Positions 1 through 10,146 of a DNA stretch of 64,000 nt are shown piece after piece; position 1 is the first letter of the stretch, and the number at the start of each line of letters is the position of its first letter. The DNA comes from Desulfobacterales bacterium (GTDB lineage: Bacteria > Desulfobacterota > Desulfobacteria > Desulfobacterales > UBA5852), in assembly GCA_963674755.2 (NCBI GenBank), contig CAXXVS010000002.1:896001-960000 (forward strand), read 5' to 3'. The position numbers and the translations under genes were made by a program. The notes under the pieces were generated by a model. That model was not told the origin of the DNA, searched no databases, and worked only from the letters and a program-made list of their open reading frames with translations.

Positions 1-1267
1 TCTGGCAGACATGAAGGACGAAGAAGCCGCCGTGGAAGAAGCCGAGTCCATGGTGGGTGAAGAAGACAGCGCCGTGGTCAAGCTGGTCAACAAGATCATC
101 CTGGATGCTTACAGCCGGGGCGCTTCGGATATCCATATCGAACCCTATCCCGGCCGGCAGGAAACCGAAGTCCGCATTCGTATCGACGGCTCGTGCACGC
201 TTTATCAGAAGATTCCTTTTCAATTGCGCAACGCCGTATTATCCCGCCTTAAAATCATGGCCGATCTCGACATCGCCGAACGCCGCAAACCCCAGGATGG
301 GAAAATCCGTTTCAAGAAATTCGGCGGCAAAGATATCGAACTGCGTGTCGCGACGGTACCCACCCAGGGCGCCATGGAAGACATCGTATTGCGCATCTTG
401 GCGGCCGGGGAACCCATTCCCCTAAATCGCATCGGTTTCTCACACCGCAACTACGACAAGTTTGTCGAAGCCATTACCAAACCCTACGGGATCATTTTCG
501 TGTGCGGCCCCACAGGATCGGGCAAGACCACAACCCTGCATTCGGCCCTGAGCTACATCAATAAAACCGATACCAAGATCTGGACCGCGGAGGATCCGGT
601 GGAAATTACCCAGCGCGGCCTGCGGCAGGTGCAGGTCAAACCCCAGATCGGGTTTGATTTCGCCGCGGCCATGCGTTCTTTTTTGCGTGCCGACCCGGAT
701 GTCATCATGGTCGGTGAAATGCGGGACAAGGAAACCACCCATATCGGTATCGAAGCCTCTCTTACCGGCCATTTGGTCTTCTCGACGCTGCATACCAATA
801 ATGCCCCGGAGAGCATTACCCGTCTTTTGGACATGGGAATGGATCCCTTCAATTTCGCCGATGCCATCCTTTGTATTCTTGCCCAGCGTCTGGTACGCAC
901 CCTGTGCCGCGAGTGCAAGCGCTCCTATTCTCCGACCCAGACTCAGTATGACGAATTGGTGCGGGAGTATGGCAAAGACGTGTTTGACGCGCATGTCGAT
1001 ACCCCCTTCAGCGACAACCTCAAGTTATACAAACCCGTAGGCTGCGAAGCGTGCAACAGCAGTGGCTACCTGGGCCGCATGGGCATCCACGAATTGCTGG
1101 CCGGAACCGATGAACTGAGACACCTGATACAAAACAAGGCGCGAGTGGAAAACATCCGTGAACAGGCAGTCAAGGATGGCATGACCACTCTCAAACAAGA
1201 TGGTGTGGAAAAAATCTTCGGCGGCAACTGCGATCTGTTACAGGTTCGCAAGGTAACCATCAAATAG
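1..1267 (+). CDS. GspE/PilB-family type II/IV secretion ATPase (5' truncated by window edge)
   Basis: ASDIHIEP, Walker A GPTGSGKTTT, TAEDPVE, LRADPDVIMVGEMRD, LTGHLVFSTLHTN, CxxC...CxxC; frame open to the window start. Confidence 0.93.
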   Translation, partial: LADMKDEEAAVEEAESMVGEEDSAVVKLVNKIILDAYSRGASDIHIEPYPGRQETEVRIRIDGSCTLYQKIPFQLRNAVLSRLKIMADLDIAERRKPQDGKIRFKKFGGKDIELRVATVPTQGAMEDIVLRILAAGEPIPLNRIGFSHRNYDKFVEAITKPYGIIFVCGPTGSGKTTTLHSALSYINKTDTKIWTAEDPVEITQRGLRQVQVKPQIGFDFAAAMRSFLRADPDVIMVGEMRDKETTHIGIEASLTGHLVFSTLHTNNAPESITRLLDMGMDPFNFADAILCILAQRLVRTLCRECKRSYSPTQTQYDELVREYGKDVFDAHVDTPFSDNLKLYKPVGCEACNSSGYLGRMGIHELLAGTDELRHLIQNKARVENIREQAVKDGMTTLKQDGVEKIFGGNCDLLQVRKVTIK

Positions 1268-1378
1268 CCATTTGACGGGCATGGCACCCGCACCCTTTTA
1301 ATCCCCCAAGCGATATTGGGAAAGGCCGCCCACCGAAATCGTTGACATGCTTAGAATCACGCAACATCAGTCTCTAAG

Positions 1379-4243
1379 ATGAAAGACGCTGATCGCCTAT
1401 ACAATAGTCGGCTGACCAGGGGCTATCTCGACTACCTGCAATACCGTTATCCCGAACTTGATACTGACCATCTGTTGATCTCTGCCGGTATGTCGAGACC
1501 GGAGGTGAACGATCCCGCCCATTGGTTCAATCAGGATCAGGTGGATCGCTTTCACGAGGTACTGGTGCAGGCCACCGGTGATGCAACCATCTCCCGCGAG
1601 GCCGGCCGCTACCTTTCATCTTCCAAAGGACTCGGTCCGGTAAAACGCTATGCGCTCGGATTCGTCAATCCCGCCAACATCTTTACCCTCAGCGGCAAAC
1701 TCATGCCCCTTCTCACGCGCGGTGCCGCCATTACAACGCACCGGATGGGGGCCTCCAAAGTCGAGATCACAGCCACGCCTTTTCCGGGTGTCAGGGAGAA
1801 ACCCTACCAATGCGAAAACCGCATCGGCAATTTTGAAGGTGTCGGCATGCACTTCTCCCACCAGCACACCCGGATCGAGCATCCCGAATGTCTCCACCGG
1901 GGCGATGATTGCTGCCGCTATATCATCAGCTGGGAAACATCACCCGCCATCCTGTGGAAACGGATCCGTAATTTCGCGCTTATATTCAATCTGGCCGCCG
2001 CCGCCCCCATCGCCGTCTATCTGCCGCTGTGGATGGGGATCTCGATAATCCTGGGCTTGACCCTGGTCACCGCGTTTATCGGTATCTACGGCCTGCATCT
2101 GGAAAGAAAAGACCTCACCCGCGTTGTCATGGCCCAGGGGGATGTCGCCCAGGAGAATATCGATGATATTGATACGCGTTACGACAACGCACTCCTTGTC
2201 CAGGAAGTCGGACAGGCTACCGCAACGATTTTCGACAAAGATGAGCTCATCACGGCGGTCATTCGCATCATGCGGAATCGTCTGGATTTTGACCGGGGTT
2301 CCATCCTGCTTGCCGATCGGGAGGGATTGCATCTGGAATATAAGGCCGGATACGGATTTAGTGCGGAAAACGAAGCGTCCCTGCGACGGATCCGGTTCAA
2401 TTTGGGCAATCCGGAATCCCGTGGGATCTTCGTACGCAGCTTTCGGGATCAGAAGCCGCTGATCGTCGAGAATATCGACAAGATCAAACAACAGTTTTCC
2501 CCCCGGAGTCGACAGCTGCTGGAAAACATCAAGGCCCGTGCGCTTATCTGTGTTCCGATCGTATACGAAAACAGGACCATGGGCATTCTTGTGGTGGACA
2601 ATCATACCTCGCAGCAAAAATTGTCCCAAAGTGATTTAAACCTCATGATGGGCCTGGCTTCCCAGGTGGCGGTGGCCATCAACAATGCCGAGTCATTCCG
2701 GAAATTGCAGAAAAGTGAGGAAAAATACCGGGATATTTTCGAGAATGTGTCCGATTTTCTCTATTATCATGATCTGGACGGCCGTATCCTGGAAACCAAT
2801 CGGTCCTTCCGAAAGGTTTCCGGATACAGTCGGGACGAACTTTCCCGCATGTCCATCAAAGCGTTGATCCCTGAAAACTACCGGTGGGAGTTCGTTGCTT
2901 ATTTGAAAGAAATCAAAGCGGCCGGTCGTTCCGAGGGATCTATACGGCTCGAGAAAAAAAACGGTACCGAGTTCATTGTCGAGTACAAAAACTCTCTGGT
3001 CTACGATCATGATCAGCCGGTCGGTGTTCGGGGATCGGCCCGGGACATAACCGAACGCTGGCAGGCCGCCAAAGAAAAACGCCGGCTGGAAAAAAAGCTC
3101 GAGCACGCTAAAAAGATGGAAGCCATCGGCACCCTGGCCGGCGGTGTGGCCCATGACCTCAACAACATTTTAAGCGGCATCGTGAGCTATCCCGATTTAC
3201 TTCTGATGGATCTTCCGCCTGGCAGCCATCTGAGAGAACCGATCAAGACCATTCGTGATTCAGGTCAGAAGGCGGCAGCCATTGTTCAGGACTTGCTGAC
3301 CATGGCCAGAAGAGGGGTAACGGTAACCGACACCGCTGATTTGAATGGCATCCTTAAAGAATACCTGGATTCCCCCGAGCATGCCAAAATCATGTCTTTC
3401 CACCCAAATGTACAGATCGAATGCCACCCGACCGATGCTGTCCTGAACATCCTGGGGTCGCCGGTTCATCTGGCAAAAACCGTTATGAATCTGGTGTCGA
3501 ATGCCGCCGAAGCCATCACCGATGGCGGTGAAATCACCATACGCACCGCCAATCGCTATGTGGACGCGCCCATCGAGGGCTATGAGATTATCACCGAAGG
3601 CGACTATGCTGTATTTGAAATATCCGACACCGGCGTGGGCATTTCGCCCGAAGATCAAAAGCGGATTTTTGAGCCTTTTTACACCAAGAAGACCATGGGC
3701 CGCAGCGGTACCGGTCTGGGCATGTCCGTCGTCTGGGCGACAGTCAAAGACCACCGGGGGTATATCGATGTCAGCAGCTGCCCGGATGAGGGTACCACCT
3801 TTACCCTTTATTTTCCGGCAACCCGCGCCGAGAAGGCCAAGAGCATGGCGGCGGGATCGGTCGAAGACTATATGGGAAAGGGGGAGCGTATCCTGGTGGT
3901 GGACGACGTCAGGGAACAGCGCGAAATCGCGGCCGGCATTCTGAAGCGGCTGGGCTATGAGGTTGCATCCGTGGCCAGTGGTGAAGAAGCGGTGGCTGCG
4001 GTCCGCAGTCATCCGCCGGACCTGGTGGTTTTGGATATGATCATGGAGCCGGGCATCGACGGACTTGAAACCTATCAGAAACTGCTGGAAATCAACGCCG
4101 GTCAAAAAGCCATCATCGCCAGCGGCTATTCCGAATCCGAGCGCGTCCGTGCAACGCTCCGCATGGGGGCCGGCGCCTACATCAAGAAGCCCTACCTGTT
4201 CGACAAGATCGGCAGGGCTGTCAGGGCCGAGCTGGATCGCTAA
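1379..4243 (+). CDS. Hybrid sensor histidine kinase (V4R-like N-terminus, 2 TM, GAF, PAS, HisKA, HATPase, receiver)
   Basis: H-box AGGVAHDLNNIL, G boxes DTGVGI/GTGLGM, receiver VVDD/LDMIM/KKP; N-terminal QCEN...HPECLHRGDDCCRY motif. Confidence 0.92.
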   Translation: MKDADRLYNSRLTRGYLDYLQYRYPELDTDHLLISAGMSRPEVNDPAHWFNQDQVDRFHEVLVQATGDATISREAGRYLSSSKGLGPVKRYALGFVNPANIFTLSGKLMPLLTRGAAITTHRMGASKVEITATPFPGVREKPYQCENRIGNFEGVGMHFSHQHTRIEHPECLHRGDDCCRYIISWETSPAILWKRIRNFALIFNLAAAAPIAVYLPLWMGISIILGLTLVTAFIGIYGLHLERKDLTRVVMAQGDVAQENIDDIDTRYDNALLVQEVGQATATIFDKDELITAVIRIMRNRLDFDRGSILLADREGLHLEYKAGYGFSAENEASLRRIRFNLGNPESRGIFVRSFRDQKPLIVENIDKIKQQFSPRSRQLLENIKARALICVPIVYENRTMGILVVDNHTSQQKLSQSDLNLMMGLASQVAVAINNAESFRKLQKSEEKYRDIFENVSDFLYYHDLDGRILETNRSFRKVSGYSRDELSRMSIKALIPENYRWEFVAYLKEIKAAGRSEGSIRLEKKNGTEFIVEYKNSLVYDHDQPVGVRGSARDITERWQAAKEKRRLEKKLEHAKKMEAIGTLAGGVAHDLNNILSGIVSYPDLLLMDLPPGSHLREPIKTIRDSGQKAAAIVQDLLTMARRGVTVTDTADLNGILKEYLDSPEHAKIMSFHPNVQIECHPTDAVLNILGSPVHLAKTVMNLVSNAAEAITDGGEITIRTANRYVDAPIEGYEIITEGDYAVFEISDTGVGISPEDQKRIFEPFYTKKTMGRSGTGLGMSVVWATVKDHRGYIDVSSCPDEGTTFTLYFPATRAEKAKSMAAGSVEDYMGKGERILVVDDVREQREIAAGILKRLGYEVASVASGEEAVAAVRSHPPDLVVLDMIMEPGIDGLETYQKLLEINAGQKAIIASGYSESERVRATLRMGAGAYIKKPYLFDKIGRAVRAELDR

Positions 4244-4246
4244 GTC

Positions 4247-4387
4247 GTGCCCGTCCCGCGATGGCATCTTTAGGCCCCGTCCGGCGATCTCGCTCTTTGG
4301 AAATCCTCGCCGTACCAGCTACGCCTGCGGTTTCCAAATCCCTGCGGCCTTGGCCGGAACCAAAATCGACCATCTCGGGACGGGCCC
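4247..4387. repeat. MITE/REP-like intergenic repeat, copy A
   Basis: Terminal inverted repeat GTGCCCGTCC...GGACGGGCCC; internal CTCTTTGGAAATCCTCG and GCGGCCTTGGCCGGAACCAA are reverse complements of blocks in copy D (43293-43434). Confidence 0.8.
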
Positions 4388-4394
4388 TAAGCAA

Positions 4395-6206
4395 TTAGCC
4401 GTCTTTTTTAGCCTTTAGAAACCGTTCCAGCTGGCCGCGGTAGTAGGCCTGTTTTTCCTTGGCGCTGTCCAGCGCCTGCCGGGCATATCGGATGGCGTTG
4501 TCGATATCGCCGTTGACGAAATAGCATTCTGCCAGGGTATCCAGCACATGGGAGGCGGGGTCCAGGGCGGCGGCCCGGCGGGCCAGGGCCAGGGCACGCA
4601 CCGGATTGCGGAGGGTCGCATCCTCGCTAGTGGCATAAAGCCAAGCCAGGTTGTTGAGCGCCTCCGGGTTGTCCGGCGCCAATGACAGGGCATGTTCGTA
4701 GGCTTCAGCGGCCTCTTTTAATTTGTTCTGGTTGTATTGAAATGTTGCCAGCTGTGTGTAAAGAACGGAAGAATTTGGATGGTCATGAATAGCCTGCATT
4801 AGCGCTTCTTCATAGTTTTCGGCGTTTCCGCTATTGAGCTTATAGCCCGTTATGCCGATCCCGGTCATAAGAATAACAAATAGCAGAATACTAAAACGCA
4901 CTTTTCGGTTTTGGCGATCCACCCAGCGACGGCTGCCCTCGCATTTGAGGAGATATTCGACGCGTTCCCGGATGCTGAAGTGATGCCAGTTGGGTTTGTC
5001 CGGGGACTGGCCGCTGGTCAGGGCAATTTTCTGAAAGGTGGAAATCATGGGACGGGCTGAATCGAAAAGGCTGTATACATACACATCGGCCTGGCGCTCG
5101 AAGTTGCGCATGAAATAGCCGAAGACGAAGCGGAAATAGACCAGGAAGACGGCCAGGAAAATCGCGCTGTGCAAGGACCAAAGGAGGGTTTCCTGATCCA
5201 TCCCCCAGTTGAGGGCGGCCTGCAAGAGGGGCTCGGCAAAGAGGATCAGGTAAATCGTGAGGTCGTAGGTCGCAAAGACGATCAGCATGAAGCAGGACAT
5301 GAAAAAGATATAGTAAAGCAGGTGGTACTTTTTCACATGGCCGATTTCGTGTGCGATGACGGCGTCCACCTCCTCGGGCGTCAGGGAGCGCAGGAGGGAT
5401 TCCGTCACCAAAATATAGCGATATTTGCGGACGATGCCCATGACGCCCGCGGTAAGCATACGCCCGCCGAAAATGGGCCAGTACATGATATTGCGGTAGC
5501 CGATCCCGGCCCGCCGGCACAATGCCTGGATACGGTCACGGTAAAATCCGTCTTCGACCGGGTAGCAGGCCCACAGCCACTGGATCACAAGCGGTGCGAA
5601 AACGGCCACGAAGACGAGAAAGCCCACGAAGTAAATGACTTCTCCCGCGGTGGTGGAGAGAAACCGCTTGGGGGCTTCAAAAGGCAGCGCAAAGATGATG
5701 TCGGCCAACAGGGAGATCATCACCCATGGAATGAGAATCGGCACGGACATGCGCAGATTGGAGGCGATATAGCCCTGGCGGGAGATGGCGCTTCCGTATA
5801 GCCGCCGGTAGCTCGGATAGGCATTGTACCAGACGATGGTCAGGAGCGATAGAAAGAGCATCAGAAATACGATGGCAAGCAAAGTGGGCAACTTCTTGAA
5901 CAGGAACCAATTTTCCATGGTCGAAGGCAACCCGAGAAGGTGCACCATCACGGCAAACAGGGCGATGGCCGTGATGGACTGGCGGGTTATCAGGTTTGAG
6001 TGCCGATCGTCGGCGCGGTAGGTATCGATACGGTCGATGCTGGCGGCCAGGCGGCCAAAGAGCCAGCGCGACGTCGCCGCAAACCCGGCGGTCAGCAGGG
6101 CGGCCAGCAGCCAGGCCTCGTCCGGCGGGAACCCGGGGTTGCCGGCCGGCTGGTAGATGGCGAAGATCAGAATGGCGATGATCAGGTAGATAAAGTTGGC
6201 AAACAT
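4395..6206 (-). CDS. M48 (Ste24/HtpX-like) membrane metalloprotease with C-terminal TPR repeats
   Basis: Multiple TM segments, HEIGH zinc motif, FERQAD, TPR motifs (ALNNLAWLYAT, LDTLAECYF). Confidence 0.9.
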   Translation of the reverse strand: MFANFIYLIIAILIFAIYQPAGNPGFPPDEAWLLAALLTAGFAATSRWLFGRLAASIDRIDTYRADDRHSNLITRQSITAIALFAVMVHLLGLPSTMENWFLFKKLPTLLAIVFLMLFLSLLTIVWYNAYPSYRRLYGSAISRQGYIASNLRMSVPILIPWVMISLLADIIFALPFEAPKRFLSTTAGEVIYFVGFLVFVAVFAPLVIQWLWACYPVEDGFYRDRIQALCRRAGIGYRNIMYWPIFGGRMLTAGVMGIVRKYRYILVTESLLRSLTPEEVDAVIAHEIGHVKKYHLLYYIFFMSCFMLIVFATYDLTIYLILFAEPLLQAALNWGMDQETLLWSLHSAIFLAVFLVYFRFVFGYFMRNFERQADVYVYSLFDSARPMISTFQKIALTSGQSPDKPNWHHFSIRERVEYLLKCEGSRRWVDRQNRKVRFSILLFVILMTGIGITGYKLNSGNAENYEEALMQAIHDHPNSSVLYTQLATFQYNQNKLKEAAEAYEHALSLAPDNPEALNNLAWLYATSEDATLRNPVRALALARRAAALDPASHVLDTLAECYFVNGDIDNAIRYARQALDSAKEKQAYYRGQLERFLKAKKDG

Positions 6207-6246
6207 GGTCAGAGCATCAAGGGGTTAGAGGTGAATTCAGGGGCAG

Positions 6247-6807
6247 TCACGTGTTTTTGCGGCCAGGAGAGGAGGATGAATTCCGATAGTAGCGTTCCTT
6301 CTCACTATAAATGCAGCCGCAGTAGGGTTGGCGGTACATGCCAAGCTTTTTAGATGTTTCGATACCCGCTTTCCAGCCCACCCGAAAATCCCGATAGAGA
6401 AACGGAACGCCGCTTTCCCGGCCAATGGTGTCGCCCATTTCACGGATCAAATCGTGTTTCTGGTGGCGGCTGTAGAGCAGGGTGCTGGTGAAGGCGTCGA
6501 ACTTGCCTTTGCGGGCCACCCGGGCGGCGGCCCGCAGGCGATCGTGGTAGCAGTAGCGGCAACGTTCTTTCTCGCGGAAGGCGACATTGCGGATGAAGCC
6601 CTCCATGTCGTAGCCTTCTTGAATGATGACCCGCAACTGCTGCTCGGCGGCATAGCGCTCCAGGGTTTCCTGGCGTCGCAGACATTCCGTGTAGGGATGG
6701 ATGTTGTGGCGGTAAAAGTATCCCATCACGGTGTAGCCCTCGTCCCGCAGAACTTCAAGGGGATAGATCGTGCAAGGCCCGCAGCAGCTGTGCATGAGGA
6801 TTTTCAT
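6247..6807 (-). CDS. queH: Epoxyqueuosine reductase QueH
   Basis: HSCCGPC, NIHPYTE, RCxYCY, YRQxYCGCIYS motifs. Confidence 0.9.
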   Translation of the reverse strand: MKILMHSCCGPCTIYPLEVLRDEGYTVMGYFYRHNIHPYTECLRRQETLERYAAEQQLRVIIQEGYDMEGFIRNVAFREKERCRYCYHDRLRAAARVARKGKFDAFTSTLLYSRHQKHDLIREMGDTIGRESGVPFLYRDFRVGWKAGIETSKKLGMYRQPYCGCIYSEKERYYRNSSSSPGRKNT

Positions 6808-7487
6808 CGTCGCTCTCCAAAGATGGCCGTGCCGATCCGCACCAGGGTGGCCCCCTCATGGATGGCCGCCTCGAAGTCGCCGGTCATGCCCATGGAAAGT
6901 TCATCCATGGACACCCCGGGCAGCGCTTCGTCCCGTATGCGGTCCCGCAGTTCGCGCAAGGCCCGGAAATAGGGGCGCACCTTCTCAGGGGCATTGAAAT
7001 AGGGTGGCAGGGTCATCAGGCCTTTGATGCACACATGCTCCATCCGGCTGACCTGGCGGACCAGGCTCAGGGCTTCCTCCTCGTAAACCCCGGATTTGCT
7101 GACCTCCTTGCCGGTGTTGACCTGGATCAGAATGTCCTGCACCTTGCCGTTCTTGGCGGCCTGTTTGTCCAACTCACGGGCCAGTTTGAGGGAATCCACC
7201 GAGTGGATCATGTCGAACAGAGGCACGGCATACTTGGCCTTATTGCTCTGGAGATGGCCAATGAAATGCCATGATACGGCCAGATCGCCCAGGGCCTCGA
7301 TTTTTTCACGGGCCTCCTGGATATAGTTCTCTCCCAAAAGGGGAAGGCCGGCCGCCACGGCTTCCCGCACCCGTTCGGCTGGTACGGTTTTGCTCACCGC
7401 CACCAGCCGGACGGATTCCGGTCGCCGTCCGGCCGCGAGGGCGGCGGATCGAATGCGGTCGCGAATGGTATCGATTTGCATCTTCAT
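6804..7487 (-). CDS. yggS: YggS-family PLP homeostasis protein
   Basis: LVAVSKT, GENYIQE, WHFIGHLQSNK, LSMGMTGDF, VRIGTAIFG; start placed at the ATG of MKMQ. Confidence 0.93.
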   Translation of the reverse strand: MKMQIDTIRDRIRSAALAAGRRPESVRLVAVSKTVPAERVREAVAAGLPLLGENYIQEAREKIEALGDLAVSWHFIGHLQSNKAKYAVPLFDMIHSVDSLKLARELDKQAAKNGKVQDILIQVNTGKEVSKSGVYEEEALSLVRQVSRMEHVCIKGLMTLPPYFNAPEKVRPYFRALRELRDRIRDEALPGVSMDELSMGMTGDFEAAIHEGATLVRIGTAIFGERR

Positions 7488-7557
7488 GTCGGAATCGTCT
7501 CCATCATAAGAGCCGGGCACAGTACCCCAAGGATTGAAATTCAGGGAACATGATCCT

Positions 7558-8163
7558 TCAACCCGGGGGGGCAAGGTCCATGATGCTTTCCCTGATCAGG
7601 ATTTCCACCACCTCGCAGACCGGCAGCCCGACCACATTGGAATAGGAACCGCTGATGCGGCGTACCAGAAAGGTGCCCATCCCCTGGATGGCATAGGCGC
7701 CGGCTTTGTCAAAAGGCTCTCCGGTGCGGATGTACCATTCGATCTCCTTATCGCTCAACGCCTTGAACGTCACGTCCGTGGACACCGCATCGCTGAACAT
7801 GGCCTGGGTGCTCGATCGACGGATGCAAAAGCCCGTGTACACCTGGTGGGTCTTGCCCGACAGGCGGTTCAGCATGGAACGGGCTTCCTCCATCGAGCCG
7901 GGTTTGCCGAGAAGGCGGTTGTCGGCCGCCACGATGGTGTCAGCTCCGATGACCCAGGCCGCAGGATATTGCAGCGCCACGGCGTTCGCCTTGGCCTCGG
8001 CCAGGCGCCGCACATAGGCGGCCGGCTCATCAGGGGCGATACGGTCCTCGTCGAACGGGCTGGGAATGACGGTAAAACGCAATCCCGCCTGTTCCAGCAG
8101 GTATTTGCGCCGCGGAGACTGGGAAGCCAGAATTAGTTCGGCATTGGTGACGCCGCTGGTCAT
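7558..8163 (-). CDS. maf: Maf-family nucleotide pyrophosphatase
   Basis: ILASQSPRR, IGADTIV, LGKP, DKAGAYAIQG, NVVGLP. Confidence 0.93.
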   Translation of the reverse strand: MTSGVTNAELILASQSPRRKYLLEQAGLRFTVIPSPFDEDRIAPDEPAAYVRRLAEAKANAVALQYPAAWVIGADTIVAADNRLLGKPGSMEEARSMLNRLSGKTHQVYTGFCIRRSSTQAMFSDAVSTDVTFKALSDKEIEWYIRTGEPFDKAGAYAIQGMGTFLVRRISGSYSNVVGLPVCEVVEILIRESIMDLAPPG

Positions 8164-8291
8164 GGGGTTTCTGTTTCCACTTAAAGGTGAGTGATAAAAT
8201 TAAAAGATCAAGCCGGTGATTGTAGGTTTTTATCCTTTATCCGATATTCTTTTGCAGCTATCCTTACAGAAAAAAAGAAAAGGATTAACGG

Positions 8292-8488
8292 GTGCCCATC
8301 CCTAAACGGCATCGTTTGGCCCCTGGCGTCGTTCTCGCCTCCTGCCGGTCCTCGGCGTAGCTGGGCTGCGCCTGTGGGCGCCAACAGGTTGCGGTTTGTT
8401 GAACACGGATGTGTTTAAAAATCAAACGTGAAATCCTGTGCGGTGTTACGGGACCAGGAACCGAAGTCTACTATTTTTGGATGGGCAC
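8292..8488. repeat. MITE/REP-like intergenic repeat, copy B (longer variant)
   Basis: Perfect 10-bp terminal inverted repeat GTGCCCATCC...GGATGGGCAC; internal GGCATC..TTGGCCCC, TCCTCGGCGTAGC and GGAACC blocks resemble copy A. Confidence 0.72.
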
Positions 8489-8543
8489 TAACTACCAGAA
8501 GGCCATCGGATTGACAACCCGAGGCCAAAGTGCGGAGCAATTC

Positions 8544-9203
8544 ATGGTGTACTGGATCATCGGATATGGTCGGGTGGGGCGGCGGGCGCTCACACGCCTG
8601 CGGCACAAATCACCCGAAGCTGTTTTCACCGTTGTCGATCCGCGCCTTTCCAGACCGCCCGAGAAGATGAAAAACGTGCGTTGGCACCGCCAGGACGGCG
8701 TGGCGTTTTTGATGGATCACCACCCGGAGATGACGACCGACCCGTCGCCCTGGATCGTTCCGGCGTTGCCCCTTCATCTGGCCTTTGAATGGATCGTGGC
8801 CCGGATCAGGAAAACAGGCTCGGTGAGCACAATACCGGTACCCACCCATCTGGTGGCACAGCTCCCCAATGCGGTCGTCGGACCCGATGGGCAGGCCTAT
8901 GTCAGCAATGCGGATTTCATTTGTCCGATAAACTGCAGTGAGCCGGACGACAATTGCCCGGCGACCGGTCAGGCGAGACCATGTGATCTATATGCCTTTT
9001 TAGGCGACCTCCGGATCGAAGATTGCCGGTCTGTTGTTGTGCGCAGCCACCAGCTGGCCCCTGGCGTAGGGGGGTATCGCGGATGTCAATTGGAAGAGGC
9101 CCAGCGGGCTATTCAAACCCGACCGGGTAAGGTGTTGCTGAGCACCGCCAGCAAATGCCACGGCGTTGTGCACGCTTTAACGTTGGGAATGGATAAAGGA
9201 TAG
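8544..9203 (+). CDS. Uncharacterised protein with an N-terminal Rossmann (TrkA_N-like) motif and a Cys-rich C-terminal half
   Basis: IIGYGRVG dinucleotide-binding motif; CPINCSEPDDNCP and TASKCHG; the upstream ORF extension lies in the repeat. Confidence 0.7.
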   Translation: MVYWIIGYGRVGRRALTRLRHKSPEAVFTVVDPRLSRPPEKMKNVRWHRQDGVAFLMDHHPEMTTDPSPWIVPALPLHLAFEWIVARIRKTGSVSTIPVPTHLVAQLPNAVVGPDGQAYVSNADFICPINCSEPDDNCPATGQARPCDLYAFLGDLRIEDCRSVVVRSHQLAPGVGGYRGCQLEEAQRAIQTRPGKVLLSTASKCHGVVHALTLGMDKG

Positions 9204-9284
9204 ATGGAACGATTCGGTTCACATAAATCCGTAAACGCCATCAAACATTCTGAATCCAGCATTCATACTAACGGGCTGATTTTC

Positions 9285-9313
9285 TTGACAGTCATCTGTA
9301 TTCCCGTTAAAAG
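9285..9313 (+). promoter_or_regulatory. Putative sigma70 promoter for tRNA-Leu
   Basis: TTGACA-N17-TAAAAG about 20 nt before the tRNA. Confidence 0.5.
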
Positions 9314-9334
9314 CACCCTGGATATGCCCACCAT

Positions 9335-9422
9335 GCCCGGGTGGCGGAATAGGTAGACGCAAGGGACTTAAAATCCCTCGGTGTAATACACCGTGCCGGT
9401 TCGATTCCGGCCCCGGGCACCA
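9335..9422 (+). tRNA. tRNA-Leu (anticodon TAA)
   Basis: Acceptor stem GCCCGGG/CCCGGGC plus ACCA end; anticodon arm AGGGA-CTTAAAA-TCCCT; long variable arm; GGTTCGATTCC T-arm. Confidence 0.97.
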
Positions 9423-9512
9423 CGCTTTTCCATTAATTTCCCAACGTATCGATTGCTTGAGTTTTTATCTTTTCATTTCAGGTCGTATGGCGATTCGAGG
9501 CACCGATAGATA

Positions 9513-9905
9513 ATGGATGAAGCTTCACCCGAAAAGTCTCTAACGATCCAGTTCGCGCGGGAGCGCAGTCGGGAGGCGGCCGAGCGGACATTGATGGCTT
9601 GGATTCGCACCGCTTTAGCCTTGATCGGGTTCGGGTTTACAATTGCCAAATTCCACGACTACCTTGAACAATCCGAGTTGATGGCGGCCATCGACCCTAT
9701 TCACAGCGCACTTGTATTCGGCGGGAGTTTTATCGCCATAGGCGTTTTTGGCCTTATCGCCGCGATTGTGCAGCATTGGCGGATTTTAAGGCGGCTTGAA
9801 AGCGATGTATTCATTTACGCCCAACCCCGACGATTGCCGATGTTTGTGGCAATTCTCATTGTACTGATCGGTTTGTTCGGTCTCATGGCCCTCCTGATTT
9901 ATTGA
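9513..9905 (+). CDS. YidH/DUF202-family small membrane protein
   Basis: AAERTLMAWIRTALALIGFGF signature; 3 TM helices. Confidence 0.85.
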   Translation: MDEASPEKSLTIQFARERSREAAERTLMAWIRTALALIGFGFTIAKFHDYLEQSELMAAIDPIHSALVFGGSFIAIGVFGLIAAIVQHWRILRRLESDVFIYAQPRRLPMFVAILIVLIGLFGLMALLIY

Positions 9906-10053
9906 TCGTAACGAATGCTATTCCCCCCTCCTAATAGCTACGTGGAATCTGTGCTCTGGGCTTCCCGCAGGTTGGATTTTTCCGGCCCAATTATAGACCA
10001 ACCGAAGCATTGATACCCATCGATCAAATTAACTTCATCGTTATTTGACCAAC

Positions 10054-10076
10054 AAAAAGGCGGGCTGCTTGCCCGC
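10054..10076 (-). terminator. Intrinsic terminator (minus strand)
   Basis: Minus strand GCGGGC-AAGCA-GCCCGC-CTTTTT. Confidence 0.55.
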
Positions 10077-10146
10077 TGTCATCCAGATGCATCGATTGGT
10101 TTTTCAGGCCGAATGCCTGTTTTCAAGCGTATTGGGATAGTGTTGG

